IMG/VR virus record: IMGVR_UViG_3300023214_000244
Span: 1 to 46,875 of that record
DNA from: a virus
Taxonomy: Duplodnaviria > Caudoviricetes
DNA length: 46,875 bases
Strand: one strand, 5' to 3'
Part shown: positions 38,555-46,872 of the stretch, one piece after another
Layout: every line of letters starts with the position of its first letter
Numbering within the stretch: position 1 is the first letter of the stretch
The notes under the pieces: generated by a model
What the model was told of the DNA's origin: nothing
The model's database searches: none
The model's input: the letters and a program-made list of their open reading frames with translations, nothing else
Program-made: the position numbers and the translations under genes

Positions 38555-39214
38555 TTATCTTATGACCAGACCGCCATCGAGGGCCTCGACCCGGCCGCCG
38601 GCGTAGGCCTCGACCCGGCCGCCGGCGTAGGCCACGACCCGGCCGTCGTCGTAGGCCTCGACCCGGCCGCCGGCGTAGGCCGCGACCAGGCCGCCGGCGT
38701 GGGCCAGGACCCAGCCGTCGTCGTAGGCCTCGACCCGGCCGTCGGCGCGGGCCACGACCTGGCCGCCGTCGCGGGCCGCGACTAGGCCGCCGTCGCGGGC
38801 CGCGACCAGGCCGCCGTCGCGGGCCTCGACCGAGCCGCCGTCGCGGGCCGCGACTAGGCCGCCGTCGCGGGCCGCGACCAGGCCGCCGTCGCGGGCCTCG
38901 ACCAGGCCACCGCCGCGGGCCGCGACCAGGCCGCCGTCGCGGGCCTCGACCGAGCCGCCGGCGTGGGCCTCGACCAGGCCGCCGTCGCGGGCCTCGACCG
39001 AGCCGCCGGCGTGGGCCTCGACCAGGCCGCCGTCGCGGGCCTCGACCCGGCCGCCGTCGCGGGCCTCGACCGAGCCGCCGTCGCAGGCCGCGACCGAGCC
39101 GCCGTCGCTGACCTCGACCCGGCCGGCGACCACGACGTGGCCGGTGACCACGACGTGCTCTGTGATCGTATCACCGAGTGCGTCCCACTCGGCCTGTGTG
39201 GTGATGATCTTCAT
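38555..39214 (-). CDS. Octapeptide-repeat (V-E/A-A-R/Y/H-D/A-G-G-x) solenoid protein
   Basis: More than 20 tandem 24-bp units; AGGAG RBS. Confidence 0.75.
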   Translation of the reverse strand: MKIITTQAEWDALGDTITEHVVVTGHVVVAGRVEVSDGGSVAACDGGSVEARDGGRVEARDGGLVEAHAGGSVEARDGGLVEAHAGGSVEARDGGLVAARGGGLVEARDGGLVAARDGGLVAARDGGSVEARDGGLVAARDGGLVAARDGGQVVARADGRVEAYDDGWVLAHAGGLVAAYAGGRVEAYDDGRVVAYAGGRVEAYAGGRVEALDGGLVIR

Positions 39215-39343
39215 GGCTTTTGCTCCTGTTCGGGGTATCTGAGGCCCTGGGCTCCCCCGCCGGGGCTCTCACCCCCCGGCGGGATCGTCGCGCGCAGGCA
39301 CTCCGTGCAGGCCACCCGTGCGGAGACGGGCAGCGGGTGGGGG

Positions 39344-39556
39344 TCAGGCTCGGCGGATCACGTAGGATGGGACGTAGATCGGCACCACGGCGTCCTCGCC
39401 GACGACGTCGCAGGAACCGGAGAAAGCCATGCGGCTCCCATCGGTGAACTCGATCCACTGGATGTCCTGCTCCTGGCCGCCGGCGTAATTCTTGCGGGTT
39501 TCGGTCTGGACGGCGGAGATGGTTTTGCCGACTACCCATCGGGATTGGAAGCCCAT
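39344..39556 (-). CDS. Hypothetical protein
   Basis: AGGAGACAC RBS from the intergenic repeat (MGFQSRW...). Confidence 0.6.
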   Translation of the reverse strand: MGFQSRWVVGKTISAVQTETRKNYAGGQEQDIQWIEFTDGSRMAFSGSCDVVGEDAVVPIYVPSYVIRRA

Positions 39557-39560
39557 GGTC

Positions 39561-39709
39561 GTGTCTCCTGTACTAGGCCCTGAGTGGGCCGGTGGTGCCC
39601 CGGTCAGGGGCGGGGTGGTGGTGGTGGCTCGTCTGGCCAGGGCGCGGGCGGGGACTCCGGTCCCCGCCCTGGTCCTGGTCAGCGAGTGGTCAGGACCCGG
39701 TAGACCCTC
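39561..39709 (-). repeat. Structured intergenic repeat (other copies ~38347-38426, 40767-40896, 41112-41152 partial, 41617-41768)
   Basis: Shared GGGCGGGGAC-tccg-GTCCCCGCCC, (GGT)n, GCCCC-ggtca-GGGGC, GGCCC-tgagt-GGGCC and TGTCTCCT blocks. Confidence 0.9.
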
Positions 39710-40761
39710 TCCGAGACCCCACCGGCGTCGACGCCGAGCGGCAGCCGCAGCACGCGACCCAGTCGCACGTCGCCGTCGCGGTCGATCTCGACGTCCTGGT
39801 CGTCCCGCTCGTCCTCGGTGGCCGGGCGGTACAGGGTCACCCACTCGGGGGTCTGCTCCTCCACGGTCACGTCCTGGACGTCGATCCCCAGGCCCTCCGC
39901 CACCTGCGCGCGCAGGTGGTCGACCTGCGCCCGGACCTGCGCCCGCACCCGCACGGCGTCGGCGGGCAGGCAGTCGGCGTCGGTATCCGACATGGTGCCG
40001 GTGTGCTCGGGCATATCGCCGCCCGGCAGGTCGTCGGCGGCGTCCCGGATGGAGCCGGTCACGACCGCGACGGGCTCGCGCTCGCACAGCTCACCGGCCT
40101 CCCACGCCTCGACGCAGTCGGGCAGGTGCCGGGCGACGACCGCCGCCAGGGTGGCGCGACGGCGCTCGGCCTGCTCGGCCTGCTCGGCCTTGCGCTCGGC
40201 GCGGCGGGCCTCGATCTGCCGCTCCTCCTCGGCGCGGCGGGCCTCGACCTGCGTGCGCAGGTCGTCGGGGAGCAGGTAGGCGTGCCGCACGCGGTCGAAG
40301 GCCACCTCGCCCGCCAGGTAGCGACGCGCCGACGCCTCGGCGTCGGCCGTCGCCTCGGCGAGCGCCTCCGCGACGCGGCGCTGCTCCTCCGCCTCGATAG
40401 CGGCGACGTCGGGGCGCAGGTGCTCCAGGGCGAGCTGCGTCGCCTCGTCCGGCGTCAGGGGCGCGTCGAGCGGATCCAGTCGGCCGGTATTTTTCGCCCC
40501 GCTGAGCGCACCGGTACCGTCTCGGTCGGTGACCGCGTTCGCGTAGGCCTTCCGCGGCGCGCGGACCAACTGATGCAGATCGATCGACGCTCCCCCGCCC
40601 GAGGAGATCTCGGCCAGCTGGAGCAAATCCGCCGTGGCGGGCACGTCGACGTGCTGCCCGCAGCTGCCGTCCTGCCCCGCCAGCAGGGCGGCGCGCTGGC
40701 CGTCCTGGGATAGGGTGTAGTGGATGCGCACGGTGGCGCTGGTGGTGGTCTCGGTGCTCAT
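39679..40761 (-). CDS. Hypothetical protein, 360 aa with coiled coil
   Basis: Long ORF bounded by intergenic repeats; AGGAGACAC RBS. Confidence 0.7.
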   Translation of the reverse strand: MSTETTTSATVRIHYTLSQDGQRAALLAGQDGSCGQHVDVPATADLLQLAEISSGGGASIDLHQLVRAPRKAYANAVTDRDGTGALSGAKNTGRLDPLDAPLTPDEATQLALEHLRPDVAAIEAEEQRRVAEALAEATADAEASARRYLAGEVAFDRVRHAYLLPDDLRTQVEARRAEEERQIEARRAERKAEQAEQAERRRATLAAVVARHLPDCVEAWEAGELCEREPVAVVTGSIRDAADDLPGGDMPEHTGTMSDTDADCLPADAVRVRAQVRAQVDHLRAQVAEGLGIDVQDVTVEEQTPEWVTLYRPATEDERDDQDVEIDRDGDVRLGRVLRLPLGVDAGGVSERVYRVLTTR

Positions 40762-40897
40762 GGTAGGTGTCTCCTGCCCCGGTCAGGGGCGCTGTGGGCC
40801 GGTCGGGCCCTGGTGGTGCCCCGGTCAGGGGCGGGTGGTGGTGGTGGCTGTCTGGCCAGGGCGCGGGCGGGGACTCCGGTCCCCGCCCTGGTCCGGG

Positions 40898-41116
40898 TCA
40901 GGCGCCGTCGATGTGGTCGCGCAGCACTTGGCCGGCGCGGCCCGCATCCCCCACGGGGATGCGCTCGTGGACGGTGCCGTCAGGCATCGCCACCTCGTAG
41001 TGGTCCCCGCGGCGGGTGAGCACTGACATGATGTGCCCTCGAGACACGCCCCCATGGCGCAGGGTCCCGACGAACCCGCGGAAGTCTTCGGGGCGGATGT
41101 GGTAGATTTTGCGCAT
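40898..41116 (-). CDS. Hypothetical protein
   Basis: Repeat-borne RBS. Confidence 0.6.
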   Translation of the reverse strand: MRKIYHIRPEDFRGFVGTLRHGGVSRGHIMSVLTRRGDHYEVAMPDGTVHERIPVGDAGRAGQVLRDHIDGA

Positions 41117-41417
41117 GATGCTGTCTCCTAGGTGTGGCCCTGAGTGGGCCGGGTCGTGGGGTGGTGGGAGTCGGCTTTACGCCGCCGACTCAGGGGCGCG
41201 GGCGCCGGGGTGAGCGGCGCCCTGGGCCGGGTCATCCAGGCGTCAGCGGTCTGTGCTGCGGCAGATCCGGCGGAGAGCTGAGACGCTGCTCACCAGGACC
41301 CCGTCTACCTCGACCCCGGCATCCGCACCGTCGCGAGCCAGACGCTCCATCGCGACCTGTCGCGTGATGGAATACCGTATACCGGACAGTCGCAGCACGG
41401 TGTAGGTATGTCGCATC

Positions 41418-41621
41418 TCACACGTCGAGCAGGGCCAGACGGGCCCCGATCGACCCGAGGTAGGCGCGCAGGATCGCGGGGTCTACCGCATCAGAGTCGA
41501 CGTGCTCGCTCAGCGCGTGCAGATCCCGCCGAGCGGTCCGGAGAAGCTCTTCGGGGCTGAGGTCGCCGAGAGTGCGGGTGCGGGCGCGGGTGCTCATGTT
41601 GTCGTTGGTGGTGGTGCGCAT
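41418..41621 (-). CDS. Hypothetical protein
   Basis: Repeat-borne RBS. Confidence 0.6.
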   Translation of the reverse strand: MRTTTNDNMSTRARTRTLGDLSPEELLRTARRDLHALSEHVDSDAVDPAILRAYLGSIGARLALLDV

Positions 41622-41741
41622 GATGCTGTCTCCTAGGTGTGGCCCTGAGTGGGCCGGTGATGCCCCGGTCGGGGGCGGGTGGTGGTGGTGGCTGTCTGGC
41701 CAGGGCGCGGGCGGGGACTCCGGTCCCCGCCCTGGTCCTGG

Positions 41742-41855
41742 TCAGCGGGTGGCCAGGACCCGGTAGACGGTCTCCGCGAATGGCCCCATGGTGTCCAGCG
41801 CGTAGCGCGCTCGCTGCGGCGACATGCGCGGCGACGTGTCGGGATTGAATCGCAT
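41742..41855 (-). CDS. 37-aa ORF / chimeric remnant ending VYRVLATR
   Basis: GGAGGG RBS; 3' end nearly identical to the 3' end of 39679-40761 (VYRVLTTR). Confidence 0.45.
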   Translation of the reverse strand: MRFNPDTSPRMSPQRARYALDTMGPFAETVYRVLATR

Positions 41856-41857
41856 GG

Positions 41858-42307
41858 CTACACCCTCCATCCGACTTCCTCGCCGCCCATGGTGTTATAC
41901 CGGCCGGATGCCAGCAGCAGCCCGACCGGATAGCCGCGCGGATCCCGGTTGAAAGTTAAGCCCTTGATGGCATTGTCGCCCAGCCAGGGCTGGGCGATGT
42001 TGACCAAGGCCTCCCGGATGCCGTCTTCCAGGGCCCCCTCCGGGTCCACGGTTTGCCACTCCTCGCAAGAGCAGGCGGCTTCATTTATTCGATGGAGGGT
42101 CTCCACAGTCCAGAGGAAATCGAGACACCGGTTTGTGCCGGGAATCGCGCCTTCCGATTCGAGGACTTCGGCCAGCTCCTTTGCCCTGGCCTTGATTCCA
42201 CTGGCCTTGCGCTCCTTGTCGTGATCGAGCCCGGCAGCCCGCAAGACGCGAGTTACCTTGGTGTAGGTGCCGCGCTGGTCGCCCGGCTTGATAGCGTTAT
42301 GGTGCAT
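41858..42307 (-). CDS. Hypothetical protein
   Basis: Motif plus AAGGAG RBS; C-terminal FNRDPRGYPV...YN..GG phage motif. Confidence 0.65.
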   Translation of the reverse strand: MHHNAIKPGDQRGTYTKVTRVLRAAGLDHDKERKASGIKARAKELAEVLESEGAIPGTNRCLDFLWTVETLHRINEAACSCEEWQTVDPEGALEDGIREALVNIAQPWLGDNAIKGLTFNRDPRGYPVGLLLASGRYNTMGGEEVGWRV

Positions 42308-42338
42308 GTTTTCTCCTTCAGTGTGCTAGGGTTAATTA

Positions 42339-42518
42339 TTAGAACGGGTTGTCCCAGTGATAAGCCCGCGGGTGTCCGTCTTTGGCCAGGCTGTCGGTCC
42401 AGTCGTTCCAGGCCTCCCGCATGGCGATGACATCGCCGCGTCCGTATTTCTGGCGGACAAGCGGGGCGATTTCCTCGCGAAAGTATTTCAGGGCTTCTCT
42501 CTTGGTCATGTGTCGCAT
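42339..42518 (-). CDS. Small phage protein (D..A.REAWNDWTD.L.KDG type)
   Basis: Motif plus AAGGAGG RBS. Confidence 0.65.
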   Translation of the reverse strand: MRHMTKREALKYFREEIAPLVRQKYGRGDVIAMREAWNDWTDSLAKDGHPRAYHWDNPF

Positions 42519-42543
42519 GACTCCCTCCTTCAGTGTGCTAGGG

Positions 42544-42684
42544 TTAATTATTAACAGGGACAACAACCGTTGTCCTGTAGCTGCCTTTGTGAAGGCGAAA
42601 GGCGCGGAAAAGCCGGCCATTGCGTATGGTGGAGAAGCACAGTCGCCATCCTTGGGCCAGCGCTTCTTGTTCCGTGGTTGGCAT
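42544..42684 (-). CDS. 46-aa hypothetical protein (MPTTEQEALAQGW...)
   Basis: Motif plus AAAGGAGG RBS; stop abuts the next motif. Confidence 0.5.
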   Translation of the reverse strand: MPTTEQEALAQGWRLCFSTIRNGRLFRAFRLHKGSYRTTVVVPVNN

Positions 42685-42774
42685 GGGATGCCCTCCTTTG
42701 TGCATGGTGTGCTAAGGTTTCGTTGAGGCTTGGCAGCCATAGGGCCCCCGTGATCCACGGGAGCCGAATGGCCG

Positions 42775-43053
42775 TCATCGCAAGGTGTTGTCTTGGCATT
42801 GGTCCGCAAGCCATTGCACCTCGCGTGCCAAGCCATCCAGTTCCGACGCTCGTTGAAGGCGCATATGCGCCCCTTCCTGGTCGGCATCCGATCGAAGGCA
42901 CCTTGCGGCATCTTCGAGCTGCTCGCGTGTGATCGGTTGGGCCTTTACCCCCTTGCTAATGGCAAGCATACGTGAGCCGACCGAATATACGGGGCACGAT
43001 TGGCCGTTGTGCCAGTCGAGTAGGGCTAGGGCTAGTCGTTTGTCGTTCATCAT
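42775..43053 (-). CDS. Hypothetical protein
   Basis: Motif plus GAGGA RBS. Confidence 0.6.
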   Translation of the reverse strand: MMNDKRLALALLDWHNGQSCPVYSVGSRMLAISKGVKAQPITREQLEDAARCLRSDADQEGAHMRLQRASELDGLAREVQWLADQCQDNTLR

Positions 43054-43112
43054 GATCGATTCCTCTGTGTGCTAGGGTTGTGTGTTATTTATTGGCAATG
43101 TAGCGCAGCACG

Positions 43113-43436
43113 CTACGCATTGCAGTTGGCCGCGCTTGCGCTTGACTTATGCCGAATGCTCTCTTGCTCCCACTGGAAGCCGGCGCAATTTACTGAATGT
43201 TGAGCACACGCCATATGATGGCGGGCGCTTTCGCAATGTTTCCCGTGTGCCGTTTCGAAGGCGATAGCGCGCGCGCAGCTACTGAGGGCATGCGCTGCAT
43301 GTCGCCGAACCATCAAGCCATCCTTGCCGTGACAACAGCAAATAGCGTCAATGAGTAGGGCATGTGCAGCGCATGGGTCACGGCCGGACAGGGCCTTGCC
43401 GGCCCGGTTAATCGAGTCAATTACGATGCGGTTCAT
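43113..43436 (-). CDS. Hypothetical His/Cys-rich protein, first gene of the leftward operon
   Basis: Motif plus AAAGGAGG RBS. Confidence 0.55.
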   Translation of the reverse strand: MNRIVIDSINRAGKALSGRDPCAAHALLIDAICCCHGKDGLMVRRHAAHALSSCARAIAFETAHGKHCESARHHMACAQHSVNCAGFQWEQESIRHKSSASAANCNA

Positions 43437-43489
43437 GGTGGTGGTCCTCCTTTGTGTGGTGTGCTAAGGGTTCTGGACAAGGTCCAAGC

Positions 43490-43513
43490 GGTGACCTAAT
43501 ATATTAGGCCACC
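43490..43513. promoter_or_regulatory. Palindromic operator-like site at the head of the leftward operon
   Basis: GGTG-a-CCTAATATATTAGG-c-CACC. Confidence 0.55.
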
Positions 43514-44119
43514 TGTTGGGCTTTGTCTGTCGTTGATGTGTGGCCTCCCCTCTAATCCTGGCCCTAGGATCAGGGGGCGAGTCTGCTGCACTCGTACACG
43601 TGGCCAGCTGCAGCAGAAACCGTGCCGGTATTTGGTCCGTCTAGGACTCATTTCGCGCCCCGGTTCCGGCCTGGCGCTAGCGCTCCCGCGGGATGCCCGC
43701 TCTCACTCGGGCCCCATCCTCGGGAGTCGCTACCTCAGATATACACCTGGCGCCCATCCTCGGGTCCGCTGCACCGTCCTGTGTGGGACTGGGCGCGGCC
43801 GTCAGTCAGTCGGCAGGCTAGCTATCAAAGTCACGACACAGGGGCGGGCTGATGGTTGCCGGTTGCGCTGGAGCGTCTGCCCTGTGTCTCGGATCGGGAT
43901 GGCGGGCTGATGGATGCCGCCTGGCCTGTAGCTCTGTGGCCCGTCCGGTCTGATCTGGTCTGGATCATGGGAAATATCTTTCTCAAGTCCACCATTACCC
44001 TCAAAACCCCCCAGCAAACAGCACCTAAACCCTGTCTGTCACACCAATTGACGTGTATAAGGTTTGCCCTCGTCGTCGCCTGGCTGGTATAGCAGGCGAT
44101 CCAGGGTAGGATCCTGCCC

Positions 44120-44362
44120 ATGGACGCACAGCCGGATCCGAGACATCGTATGGTGCAGATCATCGACCAGTACCGACAGGCGCTAGGCTACTCCGGACGG
44201 CAGCTGGCCCAGGCCTCGGGACTGGAGCGGCGGACCGTGACGGCCGTCCTATCCGGCCAGACACTGAGTCCCGGACTCGAGGTGGTAGACGCCATGAGCC
44301 GGGCCTTGGGCATTCAATGGGAGCCGCGCCACCTGGCCACACTGCCGCGGCTCGATCCCTAG
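44120..44362 (+). CDS. XRE-family HTH regulator
   Basis: YSGRQLAQASGLERRTVTAVLSG...PGLEVVDAMSRALG; TAGGAT 7 nt upstream suggests a leaderless mRNA. Confidence 0.8.
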   Translation: MDAQPDPRHRMVQIIDQYRQALGYSGRQLAQASGLERRTVTAVLSGQTLSPGLEVVDAMSRALGIQWEPRHLATLPRLDP

Positions 44363-44475
44363 CGCAACACAGTTGCATAAACGAAACGAGTAGTAGGGCA
44401 CTTTGTCTTGCGCGCGGCTCCCCCGGTCTGAGTCTGTCCTTCGGTCGGGCTGGCTAGAGACACGGAGCGGAGCGG

Positions 44476-44526
44476 AGCGGAACGGGAACGCCAGCGGAAC
44501 GGGAACGCCAGCGGAACGGGAACGGC
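44476..44526 (+). repeat. Three tandem 17-bp repeats AGCGGAACGGGAACG(C/G)C
   Basis: Copies at 44476, 44493, 44510. Confidence 0.85.
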
Positions 44527-45185
44527 AGTCGACAAAGGGGGGCCCTATATGGGGGCCCCCTCTGCAGTTACGCTCACGGGAGCGGGACGGGAAAGAAGAG
44601 GGAGGCGGGAGCGGGAGCGGGAACAGGAAGGGGAAAGGGAAGGGGAAGGAAAGGGAACTGGTTTCCTCTTGGCGTAAGACGTTGGTGGGACGGTAGATAG
44701 AGCATGGGGCGGCGCTATCCGGGCCCTATAGCGCGAGAGTCCCCCAAGTGCTTGCTGCGACAGTGGATAGGGCAGAGGCAGGACATGGTATCGGGACAGG
44801 CAGGACGATAGGCAAGCGGGCGCGGCTGCGGCGGATTAGCTGTAAGTGCAGTGCATGACGGCAGCTAGCGTGCAGGCAGCCAGGCCTGGGCGGGATCAGT
44901 GCCCGGGGGGGTACGTCCCAACCCCGGGGGTACTCTATCTAGTCCCCCAACCTCCCCCTCCCGAAAAAATCCCAGCCCCGTCACCTGCAGCAGCCCCCGT
45001 CCCGCTTTTCTGAAAAATCCCGCTCCTGGTCTCTGGTCTCTGCGTTTTCGTGGGCGGATGGCCACCCCTCCCAACCCAAGGGGTGGCCACGGTCGCCGAA
45101 CGTCGGGTTCGGGAACTGGGGCTTGCACGGTGTCCCAGGTGGGCCAGAGTGGGCGGTCCCTGAGCGCAACTTGGTTGGAGCTTTT

Positions 45186-45530
45186 ATGTGTGATGTCGCT
45201 GATGATAGGATCTTTTTCGTCTTGGACGAGGCGCGCAAGCCCCGCCCCGTGTCGGCTGAGGAGTGGCGGGAGGCCATCGAGGAGCGCATGGCGCGCTTGG
45301 TCAAGGCGCGAACCGAGGATGGGGATCCGTGGCGCGTGGGGCTGTGGCGCCGTGATGGGGCCATGGTCTCAACGATCTTTCTCGGGATCCGGCATGCTGG
45401 GGGTGTGTTCGAGACCTTGGTGCAGGTGCCTGAGTTGAACGGGCTGGAGGACGGCGGTCGGTGCTGGTCGTGGGAGGCGGCTGAAGAGATGCATGAGGAG
45501 TGGGTGGCGTGGGTGGAGGCTCGGCTGTGA
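45186..45530 (+). CDS. Hypothetical protein coupled to the Cas12-like gene
   Basis: GGAG RBS; VSTIFLG...FET....W..A...H phage motif; GTGA overlap. Confidence 0.6.
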   Translation: MCDVADDRIFFVLDEARKPRPVSAEEWREAIEERMARLVKARTEDGDPWRVGLWRRDGAMVSTIFLGIRHAGGVFETLVQVPELNGLEDGGRCWSWEAAEEMHEEWVAWVEARL

Positions 45531-46729
45531 AAATCACCTGTCCGGTCACCCAGAGGGAGATTATGGCCAAGCCGGCCAAGGATGGTGGGGTCAAGGTCCC
45601 GCGTGGCTGGAAGCGTCACGATGGGCGGATCTATTCGCCGGAGGGGTGGCGCAGCCGGTACATGTTGCGGTCTGTGACGTTTCCTGTGGCCTCGATCGAG
45701 GTGGAGGAGGGCGAGACCAAGGAAGCGGTTTGGAAGGCGTTCCGGGATGCGTGCCATGAGGCGTGGATTTTGACGACCCAGGCCAGTAACTTTCTCATGA
45801 CGGAGTTTGCTCGACAGGATCCGGCTTTGGCTGGGTGGTCGGAGAAGATGCCGAAGATGGCGGCGCCGTATCTGTATCCGGTTGTGCGGGAGCGATTTCC
45901 TGGCCTGCCGTCGATGTCGGTGGTCTCGCTGTGCCAGTCGGTGTGGGGCAAGTATAGCTCCCATCGATTCGCCGTGTCCATCGGCAAGGAATCGCTGCCG
46001 ACGCATCGCTATCCGACGCCGATCCCGATGCATAACCAAGCGTGGAAGACGGTGTTGGTCCATGGTGAGTGCCCTGGCGTGTCTCTGCGTCTGGGGGATC
46101 GTCGGTGGACGCTGCGCTTGCGCGGGGGTCACGGGTTTCACCGGCAGCGGCGGGCCTGGGATCAGATGCACAGCGGGGAGGCCGTGCGGGGCGAGCTGGC
46201 GATCTATCAGCGCAATGCTGGGTCAACGCATCGCCCTGGCGCCACGGGCAAAAAGGAAGTCTGTGTCAAGCTGGTGGCGTGGTTGCCCAAGTCGGAGCAT
46301 GGGCCGCGGGATGCGGGAACGTTGTTCTGCCGGACCGATGCCAGTGCCCTGTTGGTGGCGCTGAACACGAAGGACCACCAGCTGTGGACCTATCATGGGG
46401 ATCACATTCGTCGGTGGCAGGCCGAGCACCGGGAGCGGCTGCAGCGCTTGGCTGACGACTCGAAGTTAGAGGATCGCCGCCAGGGCATCCCGTTTGCGGA
46501 TCGTCGGCGGGCGGAATGTGCCCGCTTCAATCGGCGCATGAAGAGCGCGGCCCAGCAACTGGCGGCCAAGGCGGCCGGGTATGCCAGACGGCGGCGGTTC
46601 GAGGCCGTCAAGTTGACGCTGGGGACGGACAAACCCGACTTTGTCTGGCATCAATTCGTCACCTGCCTGGAGCAGAAGTGCGACGAGTTTGGTTTGGAGT
46701 TCGAACAAGTCGAAATGCGAGCAGAATGA
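45527..46729 (+). CDS. Miniature (~400 aa) TnpB/Cas12-like CRISPR effector with degenerate, truncated RuvC; probably nuclease-dead
   Basis: Adjacent to leader+array; WED-like SLPTHRYPTPIP and LRLGDRRWTLRL; bridge helix; helix RRMKSAAQQLAAKAAGYA; FVTCLEQKCDEFG matching TnpB 'L.YKA...G'; no GxD RuvC-I, no RuvC-II Glu, ends before zinc finger/RuvC-III. Confidence 0.75.
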   Translation: MKITCPVTQREIMAKPAKDGGVKVPRGWKRHDGRIYSPEGWRSRYMLRSVTFPVASIEVEEGETKEAVWKAFRDACHEAWILTTQASNFLMTEFARQDPALAGWSEKMPKMAAPYLYPVVRERFPGLPSMSVVSLCQSVWGKYSSHRFAVSIGKESLPTHRYPTPIPMHNQAWKTVLVHGECPGVSLRLGDRRWTLRLRGGHGFHRQRRAWDQMHSGEAVRGELAIYQRNAGSTHRPGATGKKEVCVKLVAWLPKSEHGPRDAGTLFCRTDASALLVALNTKDHQLWTYHGDHIRRWQAEHRERLQRLADDSKLEDRRQGIPFADRRRAECARFNRRMKSAAQQLAAKAAGYARRRRFEAVKLTLGTDKPDFVWHQFVTCLEQKCDEFGLEFEQVEMRAE

Positions 46730-46872
46730 TGCGGGACCCGCTCGACCCTATTGGTAATCATTACTTTAGGCCTCCGCAAGGCCAAGTGCGAGTAAGGACC
46801 GGCGGCTTGCCCGCGGTGACCGCTCGCAGGACGCGCCCTAAGCGCCGGGATAACCGCCACTCGGCGGGCGCC
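46725..46872 (+). promoter_or_regulatory. 148-nt structured CRISPR leader / candidate scaffold RNA
   Basis: Starts at the effector stop codon and ends at the first repeat base; stems AATGAT/ATCATT, GGCCT/AGGCC, GCGAG/CTCGC, CCGCC/GGCGG. Confidence 0.8.

Noticed and set aside
38555-39130. Second CRISPR array, or the plus-strand ORFs 38255-38785 and 38963-39583
   Set aside because: Contiguous 24-bp coding repeats without spacers; plus-strand ORFs are shadows
45527-46729. IS200/IS605 or IS607 transposon
   Set aside because: No tnpA; gene is translationally coupled to a phage ORF and followed by a true array
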